64,000 nt of DNA from Prochlorococcus sp. AG-679-M23 (lineage in GTDB: Bacteria; Cyanobacteriota; Cyanobacteriia; PCC-6307; Cyanobiaceae), in the NCBI GenBank assembly GCA_003208875.1, contig QCUR01000005.1, positions 32,001-96,000 on the forward strand, read 5' to 3'. This document shows positions 37,635-50,404 of this stretch, in pieces; the first letter of the stretch is position 1, and the number at the start of each line of letters is the position of its first letter. Position numbers and translations under genes: made by a program. Below the pieces are notes generated by a model, which saw only the letters and a program-made list of their open reading frames with translations, searched no databases and was not told the origin of the DNA.

Positions 37635-38857
37635 ATACAACCTTCTAATTTATATATGTTTTTTAACAGGTTAAATGTCTTATACCTGTCTATATTTTCT
37701 GAGTTTTGAATAATACTAATAACTAGAGGTTTCTTATCTTTGTATAGATATCCTGATAACGCAAATACATTTGATAAAGTACCTGTTTTTCCAAAAAACT
37801 TACCTTGTAATTCTGAGTTAGTGAATCTTTTAGCCAATGTTCCTCTTACCCCAAGAATTGATAGTGAAGACTGAAAAGTACTAAAGTTTTTTGAATATTT
37901 CATCTTATTTAAAAATTCTGATATTAATTTGGTTGTTACTCTATTGTTTCTAGAAAGACCACTTGCGTCCGAAATAGTTGAATTATCAACTTTTAATCCT
38001 CTATTTTTCAACCAATATTTTAATTTAATATAATCATTATCATTCCAAGAATTTGAAGCATTTTTAAAAAGTGATTCTGCAGTAAAGTTATGGCTTTCAG
38101 AATTAGCTAATGTTATTAATGATAATAATGGATTAGAAGGAATTTCTTCCAATTTAATTGATGAATTCAAATAATATTTTTCAGAATTATCTGCAATATT
38201 TATATTTATTGAGGCATTTGGAAATTTTTTAAAAATATATTTTTCTATAGTATTTTTTAAGTATTCAATATTTTCATATTTACTCTCATTACTATTTAAT
38301 GCCAAGGTTGTAATAGGAGCTCCGTAATCGTATTGCTTATCTAAATATGTCCAACCTTTTGGCCAATAATATTTAGAATTTATTTCTAAGATATTAAGAT
38401 TAATTTTATTACTATAAGTGATATTAGATAGTAATTTATAAATATCAGAATAGTTAAGATCTGGATCCCCTTGACCTATTAAATAATATTTATCATTACC
38501 CTTTCTATATATTGTAGTTTTAAAACTTCTTGAGGATTTGAATTTATTTAATACATATGCAGTACTAAATAACTTTAAATTTGAAGCTGGAATTCTTAAA
38601 ATATCATCATTATATGAACTTATAAGAACACCATTCTCATTAATAATGGATACGCTAAAAGTCTTATCAAGCGAATTAAATAATTCATCATACTTTATAC
38701 ACTTTTTGTTATTCCTAATTATTCCTGAAGAATTAAAATATATGTTATTAAATAATTTACTTTTTTGAGTAGTTAATAAATTCCATATTAAAAGAGGAAA
38801 ACTTAATAAGCCAAAAATTAAAATTATATAAAAATAAAATTTTTTAAAAACTTTCAA
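37631..38857 (-). CDS. dacB: D-Ala-D-Ala carboxypeptidase/endopeptidase (PBP4, S13)
   Basis: PASNLK, GDP.L, SHN, DASGLSR, GKTGTL. Confidence 0.9.
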   Translation of the reverse strand: MKVFKKFYFYIILIFGLLSFPLLIWNLLTTQKSKLFNNIYFNSSGIIRNNKKCIKYDELFNSLDKTFSVSIINENGVLISSYNDDILRIPASNLKLFSTAYVLNKFKSSRSFKTTIYRKGNDKYYLIGQGDPDLNYSDIYKLLSNITYSNKINLNILEINSKYYWPKGWTYLDKQYDYGAPITTLALNSNESKYENIEYLKNTIEKYIFKKFPNASININIADNSEKYYLNSSIKLEEIPSNPLLSLITLANSESHNFTAESLFKNASNSWNDNDYIKLKYWLKNRGLKVDNSTISDASGLSRNNRVTTKLISEFLNKMKYSKNFSTFQSSLSILGVRGTLAKRFTNSELQGKFFGKTGTLSNVFALSGYLYKDKKPLVISIIQNSENIDRYKTFNLLKNIYKLEGCI

Positions 38858-38859
38858 AA

Positions 38860-39507
38860 CTATAAATTTACAAAAATAGTTTCATTATCAGGCCTCTCAT
38901 CAAATTCTTTTTTAAATAAATATCTTTTATTAATTTCTTTAAAAAGTAACCAATTGTTTGGATAAGAATGCATTAATGCACCATTATCAATTGGTTGAAG
39001 AAAGTAAACGTTATTCCAAGTTTTTACAAAGTTTTTTCTTCTTTCTCTTATTACACTTCCTATACCAATATTTGCATCTTCAAATTTTGGATTTAAAGAA
39101 TAATGCAAACCTTTAAAGTTATCACACATTGGTTCGAATGTATCAAAATCGTAAGGTTGAGGAAGTATCGATATCAAGATTGATTCATCTTGATCGACAT
39201 GAATGGATTCATTAAAGCCTTTAAATGTAAAAATATTTTCTTTAATATCTGGATAATCCCTCTGAGCCAAAGCTACAGCTCCTGGATCAGAATAAGTAAG
39301 AAAAACATTTTTTTTTATTTTTTTATTATTATAATAATTGGCAAGAATCTTATAAATAGTTATACCTATTTTATTAAATTTTAATCCCTCGAAATTAAAT
39401 TCAACAGTAAATCGAAAACTTGATAGTTTTAAACTAGAGATTATTGAATTTTCAAGATTTTTTAAGGCATCATTAAGATCCTTAGGTAACACATAAATAG
39501 TATTCAT
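38860..39507 (-). CDS. DUF1995-family protein
   Basis: LP.DL..A, D.GA.ALA.RD, GIG...RERR..F, YF..P...GAL...YP..W; ATG 39507 overlaps upstream stop. Confidence 0.8.
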   Translation of the reverse strand: MNTIYVLPKDLNDALKNLENSIISSLKLSSFRFTVEFNFEGLKFNKIGITIYKILANYYNNKKIKKNVFLTYSDPGAVALAQRDYPDIKENIFTFKGFNESIHVDQDESILISILPQPYDFDTFEPMCDNFKGLHYSLNPKFEDANIGIGSVIRERRKNFVKTWNNVYFLQPIDNGALMHSYPNNWLLFKEINKRYLFKKEFDERPDNETIFVNL

Positions 39508-40679
39508 TAGAATTTTTTTATACAAATTTGAATTAGTTTAAATAATCTATCTATATCAGATTTCTTATTCATAGATCCTAAACTAACACGAATGTTTGAA
39601 TAAAGTTGATTACTATCATATCCCATATTTTCAAGAGTAAGACTATGTTTTCCTGAGGAGCTAGAACAAGCACTACCACTACTTATAGCTACATTATTAT
39701 CAGACATATAATTAATAACTTTATAAGCTTTTATTGGTTCTAATTTCTTATTAAATAAAAGAAATGATATGTGATTTGGAAGTCTTTCAGTACTACTACC
39801 TGTAATTTTAATATTTGGATTATTAGTTATTTTATTTATAAGATATTTTCTAAGCAGTACTTTTTTATTATTTTCGAACTCGGCATTATACGAATTGAAT
39901 TTAATTCTTCCCTTAATATTTTTTATTGACTGATACATTCCGGCTATTAATGGCAAAGGAGTTGTTCCTTGTCTTATTGAATATTCTTGAGATAGTGAAA
40001 TATCATTATTTTTTAATAACAATCTAGATTTTGAATTCGTCAATAGCAATCCTATGCCTTTAGGACCTCCAAATTTATGTGCAGATAAACTTAATAGATC
40101 ACAGTTAAGTTCTTTCCAATTAAAAATACCGTTACTTAATATCTGTGTCCCATCGATATGAAATAAAATATCTAATTCCTTGCATTTAGTTCCAACTAAT
40201 TGGACAGGTTGTAAAGTGCCTACTTCACTCTGACCCCAAATTAGCGAAACAAGATTTGTGTTATTTTTAATTACTTCATTAATGTTTGATATATTTATAA
40301 TCCCATCTCTATTAACTGGCCATTTATAGATTTCCCACCCTTTTCTTTTTAGCTTATTTGCTGAAATCATTGTGGCTTGATGTTCAACATTAGAGATAAC
40401 AACTCTTCCACACTTATATTTATCACTAAGATTACTAAATACTAATGATGTCGATTCTGAAGAGCCTGATGTAAAAACAATATCTTCTGTATTTGCATTT
40501 AAAATCTTTGCTATTTTAAGTCTTATTTTCTCTAAGTATGTCGCACATCTAATTCCATATTTATAAGTTGAGGATGAATTACTCCAATAGTTTTTGTATG
40601 TAGAATTTATTTTATTTAATACATTCTTAGATAATGGAGTAGTAGATGCATTATCAAGATAAATATACTTATTGTCCAT
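39507..40679 (-). CDS. Cysteine desulfurase (class V aminotransferase)
   Basis: YLDNASTTP, FTSG..ES, SAHKFGGPKG, SSGSACSS. Confidence 0.93.
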   Translation of the reverse strand: MDNKYIYLDNASTTPLSKNVLNKINSTYKNYWSNSSSTYKYGIRCATYLEKIRLKIAKILNANTEDIVFTSGSSESTSLVFSNLSDKYKCGRVVISNVEHQATMISANKLKRKGWEIYKWPVNRDGIINISNINEVIKNNTNLVSLIWGQSEVGTLQPVQLVGTKCKELDILFHIDGTQILSNGIFNWKELNCDLLSLSAHKFGGPKGIGLLLTNSKSRLLLKNNDISLSQEYSIRQGTTPLPLIAGMYQSIKNIKGRIKFNSYNAEFENNKKVLLRKYLINKITNNPNIKITGSSTERLPNHISFLLFNKKLEPIKAYKVINYMSDNNVAISSGSACSSSSGKHSLTLENMGYDSNQLYSNIRVSLGSMNKKSDIDRLFKLIQICIKKF

Positions 40680-41540
40680 CTACTTTAGAATATATGTTCC
40701 AGAAAAAACTTTTTTTGCATTACCAGTCATCAAAATATCATCTTCTGATCTAGACCAATTAATTATAAGATTACCTCCTGGTAGATTTATTTCTGTTTTT
40801 GAATTACATAAACCTAGTTTGTATGCTGCCACATGTACAGCACAAGCTCCTGTTCCACAAGCTAATGTTGCGCCTGCTCCTCTTTCCCATACAAGTACGT
40901 TAATATTATCTCTATTTATTATTTGGGAAAAATGAACATTTGTTTTTTCAGGAAATAATTCATGTTTTTCAAACACTGGACCTAATAGTGAAAGTGATAT
41001 TTTAGTGATATCTTGAAGAAAAAATATCAAATGTGGATTTCCCATCCCCACGGCATATCCCTGTTGTTCAAAATTCATTTCTTTAAAGAGGTATGAAGGA
41101 ATTGAATTGATTTTTGTATCTATTTTTGTTGGAATAGATTTAGTTTCTAATATTGGTTTTCCCATTTTTACAGTAATTTCGCCTTTATTATATTGAGCAA
41201 TTTTTATACCAGCTTTTGTTTCTATCCTATATTCAGAAACGCTATAAGAACCTTTATTGGAATCGTTTAGATATTGGACTAAACACCTGATACCATTTCC
41301 ACACATTTGAGCCTCCGAACCATCTGAATTATAGATAATCATTTTTGCGTAATTATTTCTATCAGGTTCCAATATGAAAATTACGCCATCACCACCTATA
41401 CCGAATTGTCGATCACATAAATTTTTTATATCGATTGTTTTATCAGATAGAAATTTTTTGTAAATATTACTATTTCTGGAATCAACTATTATAAAATCGT
41501 TGCCATTACCATGATATTTTTCAAATATTATATTGTTCAT
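40680..41540 (-). CDS. dapF: Diaminopimelate epimerase
   Basis: KYHGNGNDF, MCGNGIRC, MGNPH, ERGAG.TLACGTGA. Confidence 0.97.
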   Translation of the reverse strand: MNNIIFEKYHGNGNDFIIVDSRNSNIYKKFLSDKTIDIKNLCDRQFGIGGDGVIFILEPDRNNYAKMIIYNSDGSEAQMCGNGIRCLVQYLNDSNKGSYSVSEYRIETKAGIKIAQYNKGEITVKMGKPILETKSIPTKIDTKINSIPSYLFKEMNFEQQGYAVGMGNPHLIFFLQDITKISLSLLGPVFEKHELFPEKTNVHFSQIINRDNINVLVWERGAGATLACGTGACAVHVAAYKLGLCNSKTEINLPGGNLIINWSRSEDDILMTGNAKKVFSGTYILK

Positions 41541-41647
41541 TTAAAAATATATATCTAATAAATTTTAATTATAAAATAAAGCTTTTAACAATCTATTTCT
41601 TTTTATAGAATCAATATTAAAATAATATTTTACTAAATCTAAAATAA

Positions 41648-44224
41648 GTGATTACTTCTGAAAATACAGATAACAGAGCAACTAATTTATATAAACCATC
41701 TGATATAGAGGGTAAATGGCAGAAAATCTGGGAAGACGACAACTTATATAATACAGATGAGCAAGCAAGTAATAAAGAAAAATTTTATGCCTTATCCATG
41801 TTTCCCTACCCTTCAGGAAACCTTCATATGGGTCATGTGCGCAATTATGTAATAACAGACTTAATTGCACGATTTCAAAGATTTCAGGGCAAAGTAGTGT
41901 TACATCCGATGGGTTGGGACGCATTTGGTTTACCTGCTGAGAACGCGGCGATAGAAAGAGGAATAAATCCTGATAAGTGGACTAAACAAAATATCGCTCA
42001 TATGAAATCACAATTAAAATTATTAGGTCTTTCTGTTGATTGGGATAGAGAATTTGCCACTTGTGATGAAAATTATTACGTATGGACTCAATTTTTATTT
42101 TTGGAATTACATAAAGCTGGTCTTGTTTATCAAAAGGAGTCTGAGGTAAATTGGGATCCGATTGATAATACTGTTTTAGCCAATGAGCAGGTTGATTCAG
42201 AAGGTAAATCATGGAGATCTGGAGCGATAGTTGAAAAGAAACTTTTAACTCAATGGTTTTTAAAAATTACTGATTATGCAGAAGAGTTATTGCAAGATTT
42301 AGAAAAATTAAATGAGTGGCCTGAAAGAGTAAAGATAATGCAGGAAAATTGGATTGGTAAATCAATAGGTACAAATATAAATTTTAAAATAAAAGAATTT
42401 AAAAAGGAAAAAATACAAGTATTCACAACAAGACCTGATACTTTATTTGGGGTAACTTATTTAGCAATATCAGTTAATCATCCATTAATTAAAAAAATAT
42501 CTGATAATAAAATTTTAAGTAAACTAGAAAATTTAAAAATCTATTTACAAGAAAGTAAAGATAAAGATCAAAAAAAAATTGGTATTCCAACAAATTATAT
42601 AGCTATAAATCCAATAAATTCAAAGGAAATTCCTATCTGGATAGCAAGTTATGTTCTTGATGAATATGGAACTGGAGCTGTTATGGGAGTCCCAGCACAT
42701 GATGAAAGGGATTTTGAATATGCCAAAATCAATTCTATTGATATTAAACAAGTAATTATTAAGGATAAAGATAAAATTGCCAGCGAATTAACTAATGCTT
42801 TTACGGATAATGGTTTTTTAATTAACTCAAATAATTTTGATGGCTTAAATAATAGTGATGCCAAAAAACATATTTCAGAACATGGTGAACGAAATGGATG
42901 GGCTGAAAATAAAATTCAATTTCGTTTGAGAGATTGGTTAATTTCTAGGCAAAGATATTGGGGATGTCCAATTCCAATTATTAAGTGTACTAATTGTGGT
43001 TCTGTTCCAGTAAATAAAAAGGATATTCCAGTTAGATTACCAAATGAGATTAAAATATCCTCTAATAAAATTAATTCTCTAGGTAGTAATCAAAGTTGGA
43101 TTAATACTACATGTCCAAAATGCGGTAATTTGGCGAGTAGAGAAACGGATACTATGGACACCTTCATGTGTTCATCATGGTATTTTTTAAGATATCCTTC
43201 ATCAAAATCTTTAACAAAGCCATTCGAAAAAGAAAAAATTAATAAATGGTTACCTGTTGATCAATATGTTGGAGGTGTAGAGCATGCAATTTTACATTTG
43301 CTTTATGCAAGATTTCTTACCAAAGCCCTAAGGGACAATAATCTTTTTGATATTGATGAACCATTTAAAAGGCTCTTGACACAAGGTATGGTTCAATCTG
43401 CAGCTTATAAAAATTCCATAACTGGAAAATATATCTCTCCAACTGATATTAAAGATATAACTAATCCAAAAGATCCAAAAGACAATTCAAAACTTGAAGT
43501 TCTTTTTGAAAAAATGTCAAAGTCAAAATATAACGGTATAGATCCTGAATCTGTAATAAAAAAATATGGAGCAGATACAGCAAGAATGTTTATTTTATTT
43601 AAAGCCCCTCCTGAAAAAGACCTCGAATGGGGAGATTCTGATGTAGAAGGTCAATATAGATTTCTATGTAGAATATGGAAACTTTTCTTAGATTACAGTA
43701 ATAATGATATTACCCATGAAGCAGATAAACTTAAAAAAGAAAATGAAAGCTCATTATTAAAGTCTATAAATATTGCTATAAAAGAAATTTCTAATGATAT
43801 AAAAAACAATCAATTTAATACAGCAATATCAGAATTAATGAAGTTTTATAATTCAATATCCTCGAACTTAAATCATGTAAATAAAGACTTAAGAAGAGAA
43901 GCTCTTATGAAATTTTGTATATTATTAGCACCATTTGCTCCTCATATTTCCGATGAAATCTGGCATTTAATTGGTAATTCAAAATCTGTACACCTAGAAA
44001 AATGGCCAGTATTCGATGAAGATGCTCTTAAGGAAAATAGCTATGAATTAGTAATTCAAATAAATGGAAAAGTAAGAGATAAAATTAATGTAGAAATTAA
44101 TATTTCTGATGATGAAATTAAGGAAAAAACATTAATTAGACCTAATGTAAAAAAATGGATTGATAATAAAACAATCAGAAAAATAATAATTGTAAAAGGC
44201 AGAATTATAAATATTGTCGTTTAG
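41648..44224 (+). CDS. leuS: Leucine--tRNA ligase
   Basis: MFPYPSG.LHMGH, DWLISRQRYWG, KMSKS. Confidence 0.98.
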   Translation: MITSENTDNRATNLYKPSDIEGKWQKIWEDDNLYNTDEQASNKEKFYALSMFPYPSGNLHMGHVRNYVITDLIARFQRFQGKVVLHPMGWDAFGLPAENAAIERGINPDKWTKQNIAHMKSQLKLLGLSVDWDREFATCDENYYVWTQFLFLELHKAGLVYQKESEVNWDPIDNTVLANEQVDSEGKSWRSGAIVEKKLLTQWFLKITDYAEELLQDLEKLNEWPERVKIMQENWIGKSIGTNINFKIKEFKKEKIQVFTTRPDTLFGVTYLAISVNHPLIKKISDNKILSKLENLKIYLQESKDKDQKKIGIPTNYIAINPINSKEIPIWIASYVLDEYGTGAVMGVPAHDERDFEYAKINSIDIKQVIIKDKDKIASELTNAFTDNGFLINSNNFDGLNNSDAKKHISEHGERNGWAENKIQFRLRDWLISRQRYWGCPIPIIKCTNCGSVPVNKKDIPVRLPNEIKISSNKINSLGSNQSWINTTCPKCGNLASRETDTMDTFMCSSWYFLRYPSSKSLTKPFEKEKINKWLPVDQYVGGVEHAILHLLYARFLTKALRDNNLFDIDEPFKRLLTQGMVQSAAYKNSITGKYISPTDIKDITNPKDPKDNSKLEVLFEKMSKSKYNGIDPESVIKKYGADTARMFILFKAPPEKDLEWGDSDVEGQYRFLCRIWKLFLDYSNNDITHEADKLKKENESSLLKSINIAIKEISNDIKNNQFNTAISELMKFYNSISSNLNHVNKDLRREALMKFCILLAPFAPHISDEIWHLIGNSKSVHLEKWPVFDEDALKENSYELVIQINGKVRDKINVEINISDDEIKEKTLIRPNVKKWIDNKTIRKIIIVKGRIINIVV

Positions 44225-44226
44225 TA

Positions 44227-45807
44227 TTAACTAATTTTTTTAATTCTTATTGTACTTGGGTTAGACCAGTCTCCAGTTATAAGATAGTCATCATTACCAA
44301 AACACATCTGACGAATTATAAAAAATATTGGCTCAGCTGATGAATTTCCAACAAGAGAAGCAATTTCTTTGATTGACAATTCTTCGCCATTATTAAATAT
44401 TTCTGTTACTTGTTTTTGATAATCAATTATTTCTGCGGCTGCTTTTTTACCAGCTTCTACACCAGGTTGATCATAAGCATTTATATCAACTAATTCTGCG
44501 TAAAAAGAAACAGCACGCTCAAATAGAGCAATTAAGGCACCTAGCGTTAAACAATTTAACTTATCCAAGGTGATTGTTATGCTTTGCCTATTTTCGTTTG
44601 ATAGTGCAGATCTTGTACCTTGTAAAAATCCTGATAAAAATTCTTTAGGATTTTCAGAGTCAAAATAGTAATTACTATTAGGGGTATCAAGTAACTCTAT
44701 AAAAACACAAAAGAAATTATCAATACCATCTCTTAACTGTTGAACATATGCATGTTGATCAGTAGAGCCTTTATTACCAAAAACAGATATTCCTTGATGT
44801 ACGATTTCACCCTTCCTATTAAACTTTTTACCTAGAGACTCCATAACTAATTGTTGAAGATATTTACTAAATACTTGTAACCTGTCTCTATAAGGTAATA
44901 CAACCATATCTCTCTTACCTATTCCATCACCCGAAAAAAACCATGCTGATGATAGTAAAGCAGCAGGATTGTCTTTAATATTAGGTATCCGTGTTAAGTC
45001 ATCCATTATTGCTGCACCTTTAATAAATTCAGAAACATCTCGATTAATAAGAGCTAAAGGAAGCAGGCCAACTGAGCTAGTAATACTGGTTCTGCCGCCA
45101 ACCCAATCAGGAAGATTAAATATTTTCAACCAATTCTCAAGTTGTGCTTTTTTATATAATTGACTATCTTTCATTGTTATTGCTATTGCGTTTGAGTTCC
45201 AGTCTAAATTTTTATTTTCTACATGCTTTTTAATTATATTCATTGCTATTTTTGGTTCAGGTGTTCCACCTGACTTACTTACAACAACAAATAATGTAGT
45301 AGCCAATTTATCATCTAATTCATCTAATTTCTCACTTATTAAAAATGGATCAATATTATCAATGTATGAAAAATTCAATCCACAAGAATTCTTTTGTAAG
45401 GCTTCAGTTATTAATAATGGACCTAAACCGCTTCCTCCAATACCTATCCATAAAACGTTAGTAAATTTTTGATTTTTATTATTGGTGATTTTACCCTCTA
45501 ATATATTTTCTCCAAATTCTGAAATATCTCTAATCTCATTATTGATTGCATCCTTTATAAGATTACTTGGAGCAACAGATGGATTTCTTAACCAATAATG
45601 TCCAACTTGTCTTTTCTCATCAATATTTGAAATCGCGCCAGCTTCTAATTCTTTAAGGGCTGAAAAAACGTTTTTAAATTTATTTTCTAAAGATGATATT
45701 TGGTCGAGAGTAAAATTTATTTTGCTGATATCTAACCATATATTTACTTGTTTATCAAACCAAAGGTAGTTGCAATATTTATCCCATGAATTAAAGTCAT
45801 TATTCAT
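44227..45807 (-). CDS. pgi: Glucose-6-phosphate isomerase
   Basis: GIGGS.LGP, SKSGGT.E, VGGR.S, QQL.MESLGK, DQPGVE.GK. Confidence 0.97.
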   Translation of the reverse strand: MNNDFNSWDKYCNYLWFDKQVNIWLDISKINFTLDQISSLENKFKNVFSALKELEAGAISNIDEKRQVGHYWLRNPSVAPSNLIKDAINNEIRDISEFGENILEGKITNNKNQKFTNVLWIGIGGSGLGPLLITEALQKNSCGLNFSYIDNIDPFLISEKLDELDDKLATTLFVVVSKSGGTPEPKIAMNIIKKHVENKNLDWNSNAIAITMKDSQLYKKAQLENWLKIFNLPDWVGGRTSITSSVGLLPLALINRDVSEFIKGAAIMDDLTRIPNIKDNPAALLSSAWFFSGDGIGKRDMVVLPYRDRLQVFSKYLQQLVMESLGKKFNRKGEIVHQGISVFGNKGSTDQHAYVQQLRDGIDNFFCVFIELLDTPNSNYYFDSENPKEFLSGFLQGTRSALSNENRQSITITLDKLNCLTLGALIALFERAVSFYAELVDINAYDQPGVEAGKKAAAEIIDYQKQVTEIFNNGEELSIKEIASLVGNSSAEPIFFIIRQMCFGNDDYLITGDWSNPSTIRIKKIS

Positions 45808-45989
45808 TTTATATTTTGACTATTTTCTTACTTTGTTTATTATATCTAGTTTATTCTTCGTAAATACTAATCATTTCAATTTATTTAGTTATATTATTTT
45901 TAGATCATAATGTTTGTGAATTTTAATAAATACTATTAGGGGTTTTTTTTATTTATATCTGATTTATTATTCAATAAAAATATCAGCTT

Positions 45990-46646
45990 TTGGATAAATC
46001 ATTCAATTATTTAATTTCACCTGAAATTTCACAACTTAGAGAATTTTCACCAAAATTAAAAATAGCAATTTTAGCTTCAGGTGAAGGATCAAATTTTCAA
46101 GAATTAATTGATCTCTCCAATTCAAATAAATTTGATATAGATATTAAGATTTTAATTACAAACAAATCAGAGGCTGGCTGTATATCAAGAGCTAAAAACT
46201 CTAATATCTCTTATAAGGTAATTAAAAGTTCTGATTATGAAAATAAGGATTATTTTGAGGATGAAATTATTAATACAATAAAAAAACAGGATATAGAACT
46301 TGTTGTTATGGCGGGTTGGATGAAAATTATGTCATCAAAATTTGTTAATGAATTTAAGAATAAAATAATAAATATTCATCCATCATTACTTCCTTCTTTT
46401 AAAGGAAGTAATGCAATTAAAGAAGCTATAACAAATGATGCCAAGATCACAGGTTGTTCAGTACATTTTGTAGAACCAGAGGTTGATAGTGGTCCCTTAA
46501 TTATGCAAGCAGCATTAGCTATTTCGGATAAGGATAATTTAGAGACAATAACTCAGAAATTACATATATTGGAACATAAAATATTACCACTCTCAATTTC
46601 TCAGGCTGGATATATTATCCGGAATAAATTTATGGGTAATGATTAA
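45990..46646 (+). CDS. purN: Phosphoribosylglycinamide formyltransferase
   Basis: SG.GSN, NIHPSLLP.FKG, GCSVHFV..VDSGP. Confidence 0.96.
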   Translation: MDKSFNYLISPEISQLREFSPKLKIAILASGEGSNFQELIDLSNSNKFDIDIKILITNKSEAGCISRAKNSNISYKVIKSSDYENKDYFEDEIINTIKKQDIELVVMAGWMKIMSSKFVNEFKNKIINIHPSLLPSFKGSNAIKEAITNDAKITGCSVHFVEPEVDSGPLIMQAALAISDKDNLETITQKLHILEHKILPLSISQAGYIIRNKFMGND

Positions 46647-47685
46647 TCATTTCTAACCCATTATTTATTGGCAATCCAGATATTAGATTAAGATTTTGTA
46701 TGGCTTGCCCTGTTTGTCCTTTAATTAAATTATCTATTACTGATAAAATAATTACTCTTCCATTTCTAGTATCAACTTTGACAGAGAGATGGATTTCATT
46801 TGTATTCTTAACCCACTTGGTGGAAGGATAAATATCAACTGGTAATACTCGAATATGCGAGTGGTTTCTATAATAATTTTCTAATATAATCCTACAATCA
46901 GAAGAAGTTAAACCTGGATCCCGTAATCTTCCATATATTGTCGAATGCATACCTCTTGTCATTGGTATTAAATGAGGAGTAAATAGTAGTTCAATATCAT
47001 TACCAGAAATAAAACTTGCAATTTGTTCTATTTCTGAAGTATGTCTATGATTTATTAGTCCATAGGCAGACAGACCATCTCCACATTCAGAGAATAATAA
47101 TTTTTGATGTGGTTCTCTGCCTCCACCTGATGTACCACTTTTTGAATCTATTACTATACCTTCATTATCAATAATCCCTTGGGATAAGAATGGACTAAGA
47201 GGAATAAGAGCAGATGTTGGGTAACATCCAGGGCAGGCGATTAATCTTGCTTTAGATATGTCATTGAAATTAATTTCAGGAAGACCATAAACTGCTTCCT
47301 TACATAGGTCATCGTCATCTCTCTTATATTTTTTCGCTTCATTAGAGTATATATTTTTCCATTGATCAAGAGACTTATACCTATAATCGGCTGATAAATC
47401 AATTACTTTTACTCCTTTGTCTAATAAACCTCTTGTTAATGTAGATGAAATTCCACTAGGCAAGCAAAGTAAAGCCACATTAGCTTTATCGGCGATTCTA
47501 TCTATTGATATTTTTTCAATTAAATTGTCAGACTCTAAATTTATGAATGGAAAATTATCGCTCCATTTTGTTCCGGAAGATTTATTACCTCCTAAATAAG
47601 AAATTTTATAATTTTTATTATTCTTTAATAGATTTACTGCTTGTATTCCCCCGTAACCAGTGGCACCAACTATTGCAACATTCAT
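46630..47685 (-). CDS. argC: N-acetyl-gamma-glutamyl-phosphate reductase
   Basis: GATGYGG, DLSADYR, PGCYPT, SG.SGGG, HRH..EI, DNL.KG..GQA.QN. Confidence 0.97.
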   Translation of the reverse strand: MNVAIVGATGYGGIQAVNLLKNNKNYKISYLGGNKSSGTKWSDNFPFINLESDNLIEKISIDRIADKANVALLCLPSGISSTLTRGLLDKGVKVIDLSADYRYKSLDQWKNIYSNEAKKYKRDDDDLCKEAVYGLPEINFNDISKARLIACPGCYPTSALIPLSPFLSQGIIDNEGIVIDSKSGTSGGGREPHQKLLFSECGDGLSAYGLINHRHTSEIEQIASFISGNDIELLFTPHLIPMTRGMHSTIYGRLRDPGLTSSDCRIILENYYRNHSHIRVLPVDIYPSTKWVKNTNEIHLSVKVDTRNGRVIILSVIDNLIKGQTGQAIQNLNLISGLPINNGLEMINHYP

Positions 47686-47773
47686 TTCTCTTTATTGGCA
47701 GACTTTAAGATAGGATTATAAGTGTTGACAAAAATAATAATTTAAACACTTTTTTCTATATTGAATAGTAATA

Positions 47774-49507
47774 ATGAAAGAAACAAGTCCCAAATCAAAT
47801 AATGGAACAATTGTGGATAATAACGAAAATTTTAATATAGAATTTGATCCCATAAGCGATGCATTAGCTGCCATAAGAAATGGAGAATGCATAATTGTTG
47901 TTGATGATGAGAGAAGAGAAAATGAAGGAGATTTAATTTGTGCGGCTCAGTTTGCAACTCCTCAACAAATTAATTTTATGGCAACAGAGGGTAGAGGTTT
48001 AATATGTTTAGCGATGCAAGGAGAGAAGTTAGATGCCCTAGATCTCCCTTTAATGGTTGATAGGAATACAGATGAAAATCAAACTGCATTTACTATTTCA
48101 ATTGATGCAGGTCCTGAGAATAACGTAACTACTGGAATATCAGCAGAGGATAGAGCTAAAACTATCCAAGTTGCAATAAATCCTTCAACTAAGCCTGAAG
48201 ATTTAAGAAGACCAGGACATATATTTCCACTAAGAGCAAAAAAGGGAGGAGTATTAAAAAGAGCTGGACATACCGAAGCCGCTGTAGACATTGCTGCTAT
48301 GTCTGGTCTTTATCCTGCCGGTGTGATTTGTGAAATTCAAAATCCAGATGGCTCAATGTCAAGACTTCCCCAACTTAAGCAATATGCAAAAGAATGGGGA
48401 ATGAAGCTAATATCCATTGCAGACCTAATCAGTTATAGATTTCAAAACGAAAGATTTGTTTATAGAAAATCTGATGCAATACTTCCAAGTATTTTCGGTA
48501 ATTTTAAGGCATATGGATACAAAAATGAACTTGACGGTTCTGAACATATTGCACTAGTAAAGCAAAAGTCAAATAAATTAAGTGAACCAGTATTAGTAAG
48601 AATGCATTCTGAATGTTTAACCGGTGATGCTTTTGGATCACTACGTTGTGATTGTAGACCCCAGTTAGAGGCTGCGTTAGCAAGGATTGAGAAAGAAGAA
48701 GAGGGTGTGGTTGTTTATTTAAGACAAGAAGGAAGAGGTATTGGTTTGATTAATAAATTAAAAGCATATAGTTTACAAGATGGTGGTTTGGATACTGTAG
48801 AAGCAAATGAAAAATTGGGTTTCCCTGCAGACCTAAGAAATTATGGAGTTGGTGCACAAATATTAACTGACCTTGGGATCAAAAAGTTAAAACTACTTAC
48901 AAATAATCCTAGAAAAATTGCTGGATTAGGTGGATATGGAATAGAAGTTACTGAGAGAGTCCCATTAGTGATATGTCCTGGAGAGCATAATTCTGAATAT
49001 CTAAATGTAAAGAGACAAAAACTTGGACATATGTTAGAAGAAGAAAAATTAAATTCTATAGATATAGATCCTTATATTGCAATTTTCCTTGATGGTGACT
49101 ATAAATCAATAGATTTAGTTCCTATTAAAAATAAAATAATTGAATTCTGCGAAATAAATAAAATAAATATTATGTTAGAAAGCTCTCCTAGACTATTAGC
49201 TTTTTGGAATAGACCTAAATTAGTATGGAAAATAGTACATGACAAAACCAGAGAAGATTTCACTATTAATGATAATGAAATTAATAAGATTGAAATCTTT
49301 ATTCAATTTTTATCGGAATATAATAAAAGTTCAAAAGTTGGAATTATCGTATCAAAAAATATTCAACAGGCTTTACATCCAAAAAACAATATTAAATTAA
49401 AAAATACCAATTTTTCACTAAAAAATGAAGAATTGTACTCATCCACTAGGAAATTTAATCTCGATAAAGAAACGTTTAGTATTATTTTTGATAAAAAATT
49501 ATCTTAA
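47774..49507 (+). CDS. ribBA: DHBP synthase / GTP cyclohydrolase II
   Basis: [46 protein letters not shown]. Confidence 0.97.
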   Translation: MKETSPKSNNGTIVDNNENFNIEFDPISDALAAIRNGECIIVVDDERRENEGDLICAAQFATPQQINFMATEGRGLICLAMQGEKLDALDLPLMVDRNTDENQTAFTISIDAGPENNVTTGISAEDRAKTIQVAINPSTKPEDLRRPGHIFPLRAKKGGVLKRAGHTEAAVDIAAMSGLYPAGVICEIQNPDGSMSRLPQLKQYAKEWGMKLISIADLISYRFQNERFVYRKSDAILPSIFGNFKAYGYKNELDGSEHIALVKQKSNKLSEPVLVRMHSECLTGDAFGSLRCDCRPQLEAALARIEKEEEGVVVYLRQEGRGIGLINKLKAYSLQDGGLDTVEANEKLGFPADLRNYGVGAQILTDLGIKKLKLLTNNPRKIAGLGGYGIEVTERVPLVICPGEHNSEYLNVKRQKLGHMLEEEKLNSIDIDPYIAIFLDGDYKSIDLVPIKNKIIEFCEINKINIMLESSPRLLAFWNRPKLVWKIVHDKTREDFTINDNEINKIEIFIQFLSEYNKSSKVGIIVSKNIQQALHPKNNIKLKNTNFSLKNEELYSSTRKFNLDKETFSIIFDKKLS

Positions 49508-49941
49508 ACTAAACTGGCTTTAATAATTTTTGAGCCGTTTGTTAGTTTTAAAACAATATCCATATCATCTGTTTTTCCAAAGACAGTATGTACTCCATCC
49601 AAATGAGGTTGTGCCTCATAAACTATAAAAAATTGACTTCCACCTGTATTTTTTCCTGCATGAGCCATTGATAGCGAGCCTTTTAGATGTTTATTAGAAT
49701 TGATTTCACAATTAATTTTATATCCTGGTCCACCTGTTCCAGGCATGCCTGAAGATCCAGCACGTGTATTAGGGCAACCACCTTGAGCCATAAAACCTGG
49801 TATGACACGATGAAAGGCCAATCCATCATAAAAACCTTCACTAATTAGTTTTGTGAAATTATTAACTGTATTAGGTGCATCATTAGAAAATAATTCAATA
49901 TTTATATTTCCTGCATCAGTTTCAAATAAAGCTTTTGTCAT
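49504..49941 (-). CDS. Cyclophilin-type peptidyl-prolyl isomerase
   Basis: [36 protein letters not shown]. Confidence 0.96.
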   Translation of the reverse strand: MTKALFETDAGNINIELFSNDAPNTVNNFTKLISEGFYDGLAFHRVIPGFMAQGGCPNTRAGSSGMPGTGGPGYKINCEINSNKHLKGSLSMAHAGKNTGGSQFFIVYEAQPHLDGVHTVFGKTDDMDIVLKLTNGSKIIKASLV

Positions 49942-49977
49942 TGTGAGTTTAATTAACTTTAATTTTTATTTTAAACC

Positions 49978-50370
49978 TTAGAGAAGCTTTTCAAGATTCT
50001 CCTTAATGGAATTTAAATCTATATTTTCATCTATATTTTCTTCTTTACTCTCTTCTTCGTTCCAAGTCTCCACTTCTAAATTTTTTTGAGGAGGAGAAAT
50101 TAGTAATCTATCCTCTGCTGTCTTTGGCACAAAATTTTTCTCAACTAATTTACATTCATAATCTAGTTTTGTACAAAAATCTCTAATTTCATCTATCGAA
50201 ACTATTTCTACTGTAGGCAATGGGAAATCCTGAGCCTCTAAAAGTCCACAGTAACGTTCCGCATCATCTTTTTCTTCAAACATTAGAACTATAGTCCTAC
50301 CTTTTAACTCTATTGAATGTATTCCTTCTTTCTCTGTACCAAAATTATAAAGTAAAACATAAATATTCAT
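49978..50370 (-). CDS. DUF3110-family protein
   Basis: EGIHS, VLMFE..DDAERY.GLLEAQDFP, LEKLL end. Confidence 0.85.
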   Translation of the reverse strand: MNIYVLLYNFGTEKEGIHSIELKGRTIVLMFEEKDDAERYCGLLEAQDFPLPTVEIVSIDEIRDFCTKLDYECKLVEKNFVPKTAEDRLLISPPQKNLEVETWNEEESKEENIDENIDLNSIKENLEKLL

Positions 50371-50404
50371 AAAAACTTTTTTAAAATTATTATATATTAT
50401 TTAA

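Noticed and set aside
49020..49507. C-terminal extension of RibBA
   Set aside because: Extended RibBA is usual in cyanobacteria; no FMN riboswitch visible upstream either.
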